The notes: generated by a model not told the origin, from the sequence alone. A stretch of DNA of 17,485 nucleotides from Myxococcota bacterium (GCA_036149055.1 JAYZQJ010000176.1:1-17485); one strand, 5' to 3'. Shown: positions 7,874 through 15,906, counted from the first letter of the stretch. Program-made: numbers and translations.

Positions 7874-8784
7874 GCGCCCTCCTCGCAGCGGGGGCGGCGG
7901 GGAGCCTCGCTCGGTCGCACGTCGAGGTCGAGGCTGCTGACGAGGGGCACGACCACCTCTGCGCCGAGGCCGAGCAGCGTGGCGAGCGACGGCCCGCCGG
8001 TCCAGAGGCAGAGGCGCGGCTGGTGGTTCCTTCCGCCGAGCCCGCCGGCCACCGTCACCTCGGAGCCGGTGAGGCGCGCGCCGGTGGCGAAGCGCACCGT
8101 CGGCGCCGCGCTCGGGTCGATGGTCAGCGCGAGCCCGTCGATCGGCGTCTCGCTCACGATCGGGATGCCCTCCGTCTCGAGGTGACCGTGCACGCCCCAG
8201 AAGCGGAGCTGCACGTCGGCGTCCTTGGGCAACCACAGACGCGCGCGCCCGCGCGCGGAGAGGAGCCGCAGCGTGGGCCCGCCCTCACGCGCGATCCGCG
8301 TGTTCAGCCCCTCGAAGTCGACCTCCTCGAAGCGGAAGCCGAAGCCCCCGCCCGAAGAAGAGGAGGCCGGCTCGGGCTCGCCGTCGCTCACCGCGTGCTC
8401 CAGATAGCTCCGTCCGTCCGCCGCCTCGCTGACGTCGACGCGCCCGGAACCGACGGTCGCGCGCCTGGCGATGAGCATCCGCTCCGACCAGGAGCGCCCG
8501 AGGTCGAGCTCGGCGTCGACGTCGCGCAGCTCGAGCACGGTGCGGCCGTTGGGCGCCTCCATGCGGAGCGTGCCGACGCGGACCGCGGGCAGGCGCGCCT
8601 CGCGCACCTCGGTGAGCGTGAACGTGCCCGGGATCTTCTGGCTCACCCACCCCGTCACGAGCTCTCCGACCGCCACCCGGCCGACGCCTTGCCCGAGGTG
8701 AAGCCAGAGCGCGCCGAGCGCGAGGGCGAGGGTGGCGATGAGGGCCAGGAAGCCTTCGAGCGCGCGTTTCGTCCAGGTGGGCAT
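7870..8784 (-). CDS. Membrane-anchored beta-rich protein resembling the AsmA/TamB N-terminal region, 304 aa
   Basis: N-terminal TM helix, amphipathic helix, then alternating beta strands ([37 protein letters not shown]); GAGGAAG RBS. The CDS is secure; the family call is by pattern only. Confidence 0.65.
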   Translation of the reverse strand: MPTWTKRALEGFLALIATLALALGALWLHLGQGVGRVAVGELVTGWVSQKIPGTFTLTEVREARLPAVRVGTLRMEAPNGRTVLELRDVDAELDLGRSWSERMLIARRATVGSGRVDVSEAADGRSYLEHAVSDGEPEPASSSSGGGFGFRFEEVDFEGLNTRIAREGGPTLRLLSARGRARLWLPKDADVQLRFWGVHGHLETEGIPIVSETPIDGLALTIDPSAAPTVRFATGARLTGSEVTVAGGLGGRNHQPRLCLWTGGPSLATLLGLGAEVVVPLVSSLDLDVRPSEAPRRPRCEEGA

Positions 8785-8915
8785 CGTCTTCTTCCTCTAG
8801 GTCCGTGACCAGCGCGCGAAAATCCGCGGCGGAGGAGGTCGCGTCGTGACACGCGCCAGCCGCACGCCCGGGGCACGACGCCACGAATCGCAGGCCGGAA
8901 ACGCCTGACGCGGCG

Positions 8916-8931
8916 CGGCACGCGCCCTGCA
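8916..8931 (+). promoter_or_regulatory. Sigma-54 promoter-like motif for the 8945-11045 operon
   Basis: CGGCACG-CGCC-CTGCA, exact GG-N10-GC. Confidence 0.55.
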
Positions 8932-8944
8932 CCACGCCAGGGTC

Positions 8945-9547
8945 ATGGATGAGGCGACGCAAGGAGACGTTCTCGAGTGGCTCGTGACCGAGCTGCTCGC
9001 CATTCGCCCCGAGCGGGTCGAGGCGGAGCTCGAGAGGCTCCGCGCCGAGCACGGCGAGACCGACCTGCGCGCTCACCTCTTCGAGCGGCACCGGGTCCGC
9101 GCCGCGCTCTCGGGCGTCGTGAGCGGCGCCCGGGCGAGCGGCCTCGTGCCCTCGCTGCTCGAGCACCGGAGCGCGCTCCGCCGACGCGCGCTGGTGCAGG
9201 CCTGCATGCTCCGCGAGGCGGATCCGCGCCTGTTCGAAGATCAGGCCTGGCCGCGCCGGGTGCTCGGCCTCGGCGACGCCTCGCCGCTCCGCGACCTCGC
9301 GGCGCGAGAGCTGACGCGCTTCGCCGTCCGCTTCGCCGTCGTGCGCGGGGCGCGAGCCGCCCTCTCCGTGCTGCCCGGGCCCCTCGCGGGCCTGGGCGGC
9401 GGCGCCATCGGCGCACTCTTCGACGCGGTCGAGCACGAGCTCGCCCGCCGCGGCGCCACCCGCGCCGCTCCGGTCCGGCCCGACGCTGCGATCGAGATCC
9501 TCCGCGCCGCGGCGCGAGGCCCTCGACTCGAGGCCGCGCCGAGCTGA
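8945..9547 (+). CDS. Hypothetical helical protein, possibly a divergent EcsC-like protein, 200 aa
   Basis: Coding-like composition; AALSGVVSG near the N-third and LPGPLAGLGGGAIGALFD near the C-terminus recall EcsC-family glycine motifs. Confidence 0.6.
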   Translation: MDEATQGDVLEWLVTELLAIRPERVEAELERLRAEHGETDLRAHLFERHRVRAALSGVVSGARASGLVPSLLEHRSALRRRALVQACMLREADPRLFEDQAWPRRVLGLGDASPLRDLAARELTRFAVRFAVVRGARAALSVLPGPLAGLGGGAIGALFDAVEHELARRGATRAAPVRPDAAIEILRAAARGPRLEAAPS

Positions 9548-9574
9548 GCCGAGAACCCAACCCAAGGGAGACCC

Positions 9575-9931
9575 ATGAATACGATCAGCATTCTCAACAG
9601 CGCCTATCGCATCCTGAAGGACATCGACGCCGACCAGGCTCGCGCCTACGCGCGCGGCACGGCGAACGACGTGCTCGGCCGCTACGGCTACGTGCCGCGT
9701 CCCTCGATGATGTCGCGCGCGCTCCCCATCGCGGCCGCGGTGGGCGCCGGCGTCGCCATCGGCGCGGGCGTCGCGCTGCTCCTCGCGCCCAAGAAGGGCG
9801 AGGAGGTGCGCCAGCAGATCGGTGAGCAGGCCAGCGCGGTCGGCGAGCGGATCCGCACCACGATGGGCTGGAACCACGTCGAGGAGAGCGAGAGCCACTC
9901 CTCCAGCGCCAATGGCCGCGCGCGCGCCTGA
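9575..9931 (+). CDS. YtxH-domain protein, 118 aa
   Basis: GAGVAIGAGVALLLAPKKGEEVRQQI signature; AAGGGAGA RBS. Confidence 0.88.
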   Translation: MNTISILNSAYRILKDIDADQARAYARGTANDVLGRYGYVPRPSMMSRALPIAAAVGAGVAIGAGVALLLAPKKGEEVRQQIGEQASAVGERIRTTMGWNHVEESESHSSSANGRARA

Positions 9932-11045
9932 GGCGGCGCGCCAGGACGACGGCGGGCGGCGCGTCCGGAACACTCTCCTCGGCGTCCTGACCGTGATCGC
10001 GGTCGGGTTCGCCCTTCGGGAGACGGCCTCCGTGACGCTGCCGCTCGCCTTCGCGTTCTTCCTGGCCGCCCTCGTGTGGCCGGTGACGCGGTGGCTCGCC
10101 CGCCACGTGCCCCGAGGCGTCGCGGTCGCGGGAGGCACGCTGGTGTTCCTCACCGTCGCCGCCGGCTTCTTCGCCAGCCTCTACGGCACCGCCGCCGCGC
10201 TCCGCGAGCAGGCGCGCGGCTACGAGCAGCGCTTCGTCACCGCCATCGACGGCGCGCGGACCTGGGCCATCGATCACGGCGTCCCGGTCGACGAGCTCGA
10301 CGCGAGCTCGACCTTCGCCGGGCTGCTCCAGTCGAGCGGCCGCGTCGGTCTCGAGGCCATCGCCGGGTTCGTGCTCGTCATCGCCTTCATGTCGCTGGCC
10401 ATGCTCGAGGTCAGCGAGGCGCAGCGAAAGGTGCGCGCCTCCACCTCCGAGCGCCGCGCGAGGCGCATCCTCGACGTGAGCGAGCGCGTGTCGTCGCAAT
10501 TCCGCCGCTACTTCCTGGTGCGCACGCTCATCGGGCTCATCACCGGCGTGCTCTGCGCGGGCGGCGCCTGGATGATCGGCCTCGAGCTCTGGTGGCTCTG
10601 GGGCCTGCTGAACTTCCTGCTCAACTACATCCCGACGCTCGGCTCGTTCCTCGGCGTGATCCCGCCGGCCCTCTTCGCGCTCGTGCAGTTCGACGGAGAC
10701 TGGTCGATGGTGCTCGCGGCGGTCGGCGTGGTGGGCGGCGTGCAGCTCGTGATGGGCAACTGGATCGATCCGCTCGTGCAGGGCAAGGCGCTGGAGCTGT
10801 CGCCCCTGGTGGTGCTCTTCACCGTCACGTTCTGGGGCTGGGTCTGGGGCGTCGCCGGCGCGCTCATCGCCGTGCCCCTCACCGTTCTCATCGCGCTGGT
10901 GTGCGCGGAGAGCGAGCGCACGAGGTGGATCGCGATCCTCCTCGCCGGCGACCCCAGCGAAGAGCCGGACGCGGAGACCGCGGAGGGTGAGGCGGACGTG
11001 CTGGGGCACGACGCCGCGCCGAGGTTCCCCCGACACGCAGAGTGA
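9912..11045 (+). CDS. AI-2E family transporter (PerM/TqsA-like), about 377 aa
   Basis: LPLAFAFFLAALVWPV, FLLNYIPTLGS, GNWIDPLVQGKALELSPLVVL, WGWVWGVAGALIAVPL motifs; start uncertain, ATG 9912 overlaps the YtxH gene end. Confidence 0.9.
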   Translation: MAARAPEAARQDDGGRRVRNTLLGVLTVIAVGFALRETASVTLPLAFAFFLAALVWPVTRWLARHVPRGVAVAGGTLVFLTVAAGFFASLYGTAAALREQARGYEQRFVTAIDGARTWAIDHGVPVDELDASSTFAGLLQSSGRVGLEAIAGFVLVIAFMSLAMLEVSEAQRKVRASTSERRARRILDVSERVSSQFRRYFLVRTLIGLITGVLCAGGAWMIGLELWWLWGLLNFLLNYIPTLGSFLGVIPPALFALVQFDGDWSMVLAAVGVVGGVQLVMGNWIDPLVQGKALELSPLVVLFTVTFWGWVWGVAGALIAVPLTVLIALVCAESERTRWIAILLAGDPSEEPDAETAEGEADVLGHDAAPRFPRHAE

Positions 11046-11070
11046 CCCATTCGGGGCGCGCCGCGTCGCT

Positions 11071-11086
11071 TGGCACGGATCTGGGA
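11071..11086 (+). promoter_or_regulatory. Imperfect sigma-54 promoter-like motif upstream of the lipoprotein gene
   Basis: TGGCACG-GATC-TGGGA: perfect -24 box, GG in place of GC at -12. Confidence 0.3.
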
Positions 11087-11098
11087 GTGTGTAGGGGC

Positions 11099-11719
11099 AT
11101 GACCGACTTCCTACGCCCCACCTTCCTCGGACCGGTTCTCGGAGCGGCCGCGCTCGGCCTCGCGGCCTGCGGCGGGGGCGCGCCCCCCACGCCGGAGACG
11201 GCGGCGAGCCCCGCCATCGAGCCGGTCGCCGACGTCGGCGCCCCCGGCTGCGGCCTCGACGTCTCGCCCGCCCACGACCGCCAGATCGTCGCCGTGCTCG
11301 AGGAGTCCAGCGACCTGACCGCCGCCGCGCGCCGCTACGAGGTCGACGCCTACGGCGTGATCGAGACCAGCGGCTTCGCGACCATCGAGAGCGTGATCCC
11401 GCCCGAAGGTCGCGGCGGTGAGCAGCTCGCGATGGAGCTGCGCGAGGAGCTCGAAGAGACCGGCGTGCTCGCCCTCCCCGAGGGCTGCTACGCCGAGGAT
11501 CTCGACGGCCCGAGCGCTCGCGTCATCGCGATCGCCATCCCCCACGAGGGCCGCATCCTCCACTTCGCGACCCGCGAGGGTGAGGGGCCGCTGCCCCTGC
11601 TGCAGGCCGCCCAGGTGATCCGCCGCTACGTCGAGCGGGTGGCCACCTACGACGAGGCGGAGATGAGCGCGACCCTCGACGTGCCCCAGACCCGCGTCGA
11701 CGTCATCAAGGACTGGTGA
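11099..11719 (+). CDS. Hypothetical lipoprotein, 206 aa
   Basis: Lipobox LGLAAC after a hydrophobic stretch, Pro/Ala linker, then a globular domain; ATG 11099 gives a normal-length signal peptide. Confidence 0.75.
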   Translation: MTDFLRPTFLGPVLGAAALGLAACGGGAPPTPETAASPAIEPVADVGAPGCGLDVSPAHDRQIVAVLEESSDLTAAARRYEVDAYGVIETSGFATIESVIPPEGRGGEQLAMELREELEETGVLALPEGCYAEDLDGPSARVIAIAIPHEGRILHFATREGEGPLPLLQAAQVIRRYVERVATYDEAEMSATLDVPQTRVDVIKDW

Positions 11720-11728
11720 GCCGAGGGG

Positions 11729-12391
11729 TCACGCCTTCTCGGGCGTGAAGCTCGGCGGGTCCGAGGCCGGGAAGGTTTCCTTGCCCGCCTCGTCCACCAC
11801 GTCGAAGGGCCGGCCGCTCCGGGGTCGGCCTTCGATGTGTACGCCGGCGTCGCGCATCGCCGCCACCGCCTCCTCGCCGCCCTCGGGGGTGACGGGGCGG
11901 GTCGCGGCGCTGATGACGTGGGTCTCGAAGCCCGCCTTCGCCGCGTCGATCGCGGTGGCGCGCACGCAGACGTCCTCGGCCAGGCCGCACGCGAACACGC
12001 GCTTCACCCCGCGCGCCTTCAGCCAGTCGCCCAGGCCCGTCTCGTCGAAGGCCGAGTACTGGTCCTTGTCGAGGCGCGTGCCCTTGCTGATCACCACCGC
12101 GCCGGTGGGCAGCTTCAGGTTGGCGTGGAACGCGGCGCCCGGGGTGTCCTGCACGCAGTGCGTCGGCCACGGGCCGCCATGGGCTTCGAAGCTCGGGTGC
12201 TGCGAGGGGTGCCAGTCGCGCGACGCCACCACGGTGACGCCCTTGCCCTTCGCGGCCTCGAGCCACGCGTTGATCACGGGGATCACGGCGTCGCCGTCCG
12301 GGACCGGGAGCGCGCCCCCGGGGCAGAAGTCGGGCTGCACGTCGACGACGACGAGGGCGTCGCCGTCACGGAGATCGGTCGGCTCGGTCAT
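11729..12391 (-). CDS. pncA: Nicotinamidase/pyrazinamidase (isochorismatase family), 220 aa, with a C-terminal extension
   Basis: VVDVQPDFCPGGAL, RDWHP, WPTHCVQ, SKG...YSAF, GLAEDVCV (Asp-Lys-Cys triad and metal ligands); AGGAGA RBS. Confidence 0.93.
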   Translation of the reverse strand: MTEPTDLRDGDALVVVDVQPDFCPGGALPVPDGDAVIPVINAWLEAAKGKGVTVVASRDWHPSQHPSFEAHGGPWPTHCVQDTPGAAFHANLKLPTGAVVISKGTRLDKDQYSAFDETGLGDWLKARGVKRVFACGLAEDVCVRATAIDAAKAGFETHVISAATRPVTPEGGEEAVAAMRDAGVHIEGRPRSGRPFDVVDEAGKETFPASDPPSFTPEKA

Positions 12392-12414
12392 GTCTCCTGG
12401 CTAGACCCCCGACC

Positions 12415-13743
12415 TCAGGAGAGCAAGCCGGGCAGGGGCTCCCAGCCGGCGTCGCCGTAGGAGTCCCAGCGCTGGCCCATCGCGTGGCCGAGGGCGAGGA
12501 GCAGCTCGGCGTGCCGACGCCCCGGGTGTTCGAGCACCCGGCCGGTGGAGACGCAGCCGCCCGCGCGGCCCGCGAGCACGAAGGGCATGTCGGCGTGGCT
12601 GTGGGTGTTGCCGTCGGAGACCTCGGAGCACAGCAGCACCAGCGAGTGATCGAGCATGGTGCCGTCCCCCTCGGGTCGGGCCCGCAGCGCCTCGAGCAGA
12701 TCCCGGAAGCGCGCGACCCACCAGCGCCGCTGCGCGACGAAGTCGGTGAAGAGCCGATTGCCGCGGTCGTGCCGCGCCCCGTAGTGCGAGGCCTGGTGGC
12801 TGCGCATGTCGAAGCCCGGGTCGTGCATCTCGCTGCCGGCGATGCGGCTCATGATGAGCTCGCTCGTGTGGTGCGAGCCCTGGATCACGCCGACCCGGGT
12901 CTGCCCGCAGGCCATCGCGGTGACCATCACGTCGATCTGCGCCCGGAGGATGTCGCCGAAGCGCTCGGGCTCGTGGAGGCGGCCGTCCTCGACCCCGTGG
13001 AAGCGCGCCGCGGGCATCTCGCAGCTGGCCGGCGGCGGCTCGCTCGGGGCCATCAGCCGCGACTCCACCTCGCGCAGCGCCTCGAGGTGCAGGTCGAGCT
13101 TGCCGCGCTCGCGCTCGCCCAGCCCGGTGGAGAGCGCCTCGAGCTCCGCGCGCGACACGTCGAGGATGCTCCGGCGCGGATCCCAGCCGCCGCTGCCCGG
13201 ATCGACGGGCGCCGCGCCCCGGAAGAGGCGGGCGAAGGCCCGGCGCGGGTCGTCCTCGGGGGGCACCGTGTGCCCGGGTCCGAGGTAGCTGATGTGCTTG
13301 TCGCCGGACGCGCCGGAGACGTTCGCCATCGCGCCGAGGTAGAGGTGCGGGTGGGGAGACGACGCGCCCGCGGTGCGCGCGAGGGACCGATCGATCGACT
13401 CGGCGTGCCCGCCGTCGACCCCGGTCAGCAGCTTCTTCGCGCCGCCGGGGTGGCTGCCCTCGTCGGCGCCGCCCATCGTCAGCCCGCCGAGGAACACGCA
13501 CTCGCGCTCGATCCCGCGAAGGGGCTCGAGGCACTCGCCGAGCCGCACGCCGCCGCCCTCCGCGCGCGCGCCCCAGAGGCTGGCGTCGCCGTCCTGGCTG
13601 CGCCCGGGCACGCCGTCGGGGAAGTAGAAGATGATCACCCGGCGGGCCGCGCCGCCCGCGTCGCCGAGCGCGCGCACGCCCGCGAAGGGGAGCGCGGCCG
13701 CCGCGCCGCCGAGCCCGAAGAGGAAGCCTCGCCGCGTGATCAT
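12415..13743 (-). CDS. DUF1552 (HXXSHH-family) protein with twin-arginine signal, 442 aa
   Basis: MITRRGFL Tat motif; RRVIIFYFPDG, SIDR, DPRRAFARLF, RRSILD, KLDLHLEALREVE, HQASH, EGDGTMLDHSLVL, GNTHS..DMPFVLAG; ATGA overlap with the upstream stop and GGGAGGA RBS. Confidence 0.9.
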   Translation of the reverse strand: MITRRGFLFGLGGAAAALPFAGVRALGDAGGAARRVIIFYFPDGVPGRSQDGDASLWGARAEGGGVRLGECLEPLRGIERECVFLGGLTMGGADEGSHPGGAKKLLTGVDGGHAESIDRSLARTAGASSPHPHLYLGAMANVSGASGDKHISYLGPGHTVPPEDDPRRAFARLFRGAAPVDPGSGGWDPRRSILDVSRAELEALSTGLGERERGKLDLHLEALREVESRLMAPSEPPPASCEMPAARFHGVEDGRLHEPERFGDILRAQIDVMVTAMACGQTRVGVIQGSHHTSELIMSRIAGSEMHDPGFDMRSHQASHYGARHDRGNRLFTDFVAQRRWWVARFRDLLEALRARPEGDGTMLDHSLVLLCSEVSDGNTHSHADMPFVLAGRAGGCVSTGRVLEHPGRRHAELLLALGHAMGQRWDSYGDAGWEPLPGLLS

Positions 13744-15854
13744 CGCTCGTCCTCCCTGCGCACCCGGAAGTCGGGGGACGCGTAGAGCGCCGCGAAGAGC
13801 GCCCGCACGTCGTGGTCTCGCGCCGCCCAGACCTCGCGCACGTGCTGCAGCGCACAGCGCTCGCGGATCGTCTCCCGCGCGCCGCGGGTGAAGCGGAAGG
13901 CCTGCCGCGCGAAGCAGGCCGGCGCCGCGTCGCTCTCGGCGAGGATCCCGCCGAGCTCGGCGAGGGAGTGGAAGGGCGCGCGGGTGCCGCTCCCGATGCC
14001 CTCCACGTCCCGCATGTCGCCGCTCGCGTCGATCGGCGCCCCCGCCTCCTCGTCGCGCCACTCGCCGATGGGCCCGTAGCGCTCGAAGCCGAAGCCGACC
14101 GGATCGATGTAGCGGTGGCAGCCCGCGCAGCCCGGGTCGTCGGTGTGCTGACGGAACCGCTCGCGCGTCGTCGCGGTCGGGTCCACGTCCGGCACGCCGC
14201 CCGCGTCCGGGGGCGGATCGGGCAGCTCCTGGCAGAGCAGCCGCTGGCGTACGAACAGCCCGCGCCGGATCGGCGAGCTCTGGTCGGAGTGGGAGGTCGC
14301 CGTCAGCACGCTCGCGTGGCCGAGCACCCCGACCCTCGGGGCGCCGTCGCCGGCGTAGAGCGCCCGCAGCGAAGCGTCCTCGGGCGCGACCTCGGCGGTG
14401 AGCAGGTCCGCGAAGCGGCCGCTGCCCTCGAACACGACGCCGAGCGCGAACGCCTCCGTCTCCGCGATCATGGCTCGCGCGAGCGCGTCGTCCCAGCGCG
14501 GGTCGATCCGGGTCGCCTGGGCGAGCTCCCCGACGCCGAGCCACTGCCGCACGAAGGCCGCGAGCACCGGCCGGGCGCGTGGATCCTCGAGCATCCGCGT
14601 CGCCTCCGCCTCCACGTCGGCCGGCGCCTCGAGCGCGCCTCGCGCGGCCGCGTCGAGGAGCGCGGCGTCCGGCGTGGTGCCCCAGAGCCCGTAGGACAGC
14701 GCGGTCGCCACCTCGAAGCCGGTCAGCCGGTAGGTCCCGTCCGGCTGGAGCGCGCCGAGCTCGGAGCGATAGAGGAAGTGCGGCGAGACGAGCAGGGCGC
14801 GCACCACCGCGGCGAGCCCGTCCTCGAACGACGGCGCCTCGGCGGCGAGCCCCTCGTAGCGCGCGACCTCCTCCGGGCCGAGAGGTCGGCGGAACACGCG
14901 CCGGCCGAAGCGGGTCACGAAGTCGCGCGTGCAGGCCGGCCCGGGCGCGCAGCCCGCGAGCGACGCGAGGTCGACCGCATCGACGAGCTCCGCCGCCGCC
15001 GAGAGCTCGTCCAGGTGGATCGAGGTCATTCGAATCGCGGACGCGGAGTTGTCGAACACGTAGCCGGGCGGCCGCGGCTCGATCGGCAGCGACGCCGCGA
15101 AGTCGGGCGCCGCGCCCGGCGCGCAGGCGTCGACGTGGAGGACCGAGTTGCGACCGCCGTAGGTGTCGTCCTCGGTCTCGGCCACGCTCGGGTCGGCGAT
15201 CCACTCGCCGCCGTCGAGCACGAGCTTGTAGGCGTGCCGCCCCGCCGGGAGCGCGCGGGTCAGCGTCCACACCCCGCCCTCGCGTCGCATCGGCCAGGCG
15301 GTCGGGCTCCAGTCGTTGAAGGTGCCGGCCACGTGGACGGACTCGAGGCTGCGCCCACCCGGGTCGTAGACGAACGTGGTCTCCCCCGGGCAGCCCCCGC
15401 CGTCGACGTCGAAGAGGTCGCGCACCGTGGCGGAGAGCTCGCGGCGGTTCAGCATGCGCAGCCGCCGCGGCCCCGGCTCCACTCCGTCGCACCGGAGCGC
15501 CTCGCTCGTCAGCCGGGTGCGGATGAACCGGGCGACGCCCTCGGCGCAGCTCCCCTTGCACAGCTCGGGCGCACGCTGCGGCATCGAGTCGTCGATGATC
15601 GCGGCGAGCGTGGCCTGGTCGGTCTCGAGGTCCACCAGCGGCGGCCCGAAGCCGCCCTCGCCCAGCTCGCCGTGGCAGCTGGCGCACAGCTCCGCGTAGC
15701 GGGCGGCCGCGTCGACGTCGTCCAGGGGCGGCGGGGGCTCCCGCTCGGGCGGGCGCAGCGGCTCGAGCCCGGAGCCCTGCGCGCACGCGAAGGCCCCACA
15801 CGCGACCGCGACGCCGAGGATCCCTCCCAGGGCGATGCGTCGACTCTCCCCCAT
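13740..15854 (-). CDS. DUF1592-family (DUF1587/1595/1592/1588/1585) lipoprotein with N-terminal cytochrome c and an inserted CBM48-like glycogen-binding domain, 704 aa
   Basis: Lipobox GAFAC; CASCH (15672-15686); LRMLNRREL..TVRDL; FVTRFGRRVFRRPL; LLVSPHFLYRSE; EVATALSYGLWGTTPDAALL; SSPIRRGLFVRQRLLC; CAGCH (14115-14129); DPVGFGFERY. Confidence 0.9.
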   Translation of the reverse strand: MGESRRIALGGILGVAVACGAFACAQGSGLEPLRPPEREPPPPLDDVDAAARYAELCASCHGELGEGGFGPPLVDLETDQATLAAIIDDSMPQRAPELCKGSCAEGVARFIRTRLTSEALRCDGVEPGPRRLRMLNRRELSATVRDLFDVDGGGCPGETTFVYDPGGRSLESVHVAGTFNDWSPTAWPMRREGGVWTLTRALPAGRHAYKLVLDGGEWIADPSVAETEDDTYGGRNSVLHVDACAPGAAPDFAASLPIEPRPPGYVFDNSASAIRMTSIHLDELSAAAELVDAVDLASLAGCAPGPACTRDFVTRFGRRVFRRPLGPEEVARYEGLAAEAPSFEDGLAAVVRALLVSPHFLYRSELGALQPDGTYRLTGFEVATALSYGLWGTTPDAALLDAAARGALEAPADVEAEATRMLEDPRARPVLAAFVRQWLGVGELAQATRIDPRWDDALARAMIAETEAFALGVVFEGSGRFADLLTAEVAPEDASLRALYAGDGAPRVGVLGHASVLTATSHSDQSSPIRRGLFVRQRLLCQELPDPPPDAGGVPDVDPTATTRERFRQHTDDPGCAGCHRYIDPVGFGFERYGPIGEWRDEEAGAPIDASGDMRDVEGIGSGTRAPFHSLAELGGILAESDAAPACFARQAFRFTRGARETIRERCALQHVREVWAARDHDVRALFAALYASPDFRVRREDER

Positions 15855-15906
15855 CCGTCACCCCCACCTGAGTCACGTCAACGTAACTCAGGCACGGGTG
15901 ACGGAT
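15853..15906 (-). promoter_or_regulatory. 54-bp imperfect inverted repeat covering the RBS and start of the DUF1592 gene
   Basis: ATCCGTCACCC (15853-15863) / GGGTGACGGAT (15896-15906) perfect; inner CCTGAGTCACGT / ACGTAACTCAGG 11 of 12. Confidence 0.7.

Noticed and set aside
8285..10153. 622-aa minus-strand ORF
   Set aside because: Spans four better-supported genes and an intergenic region, with shadow-frame composition.
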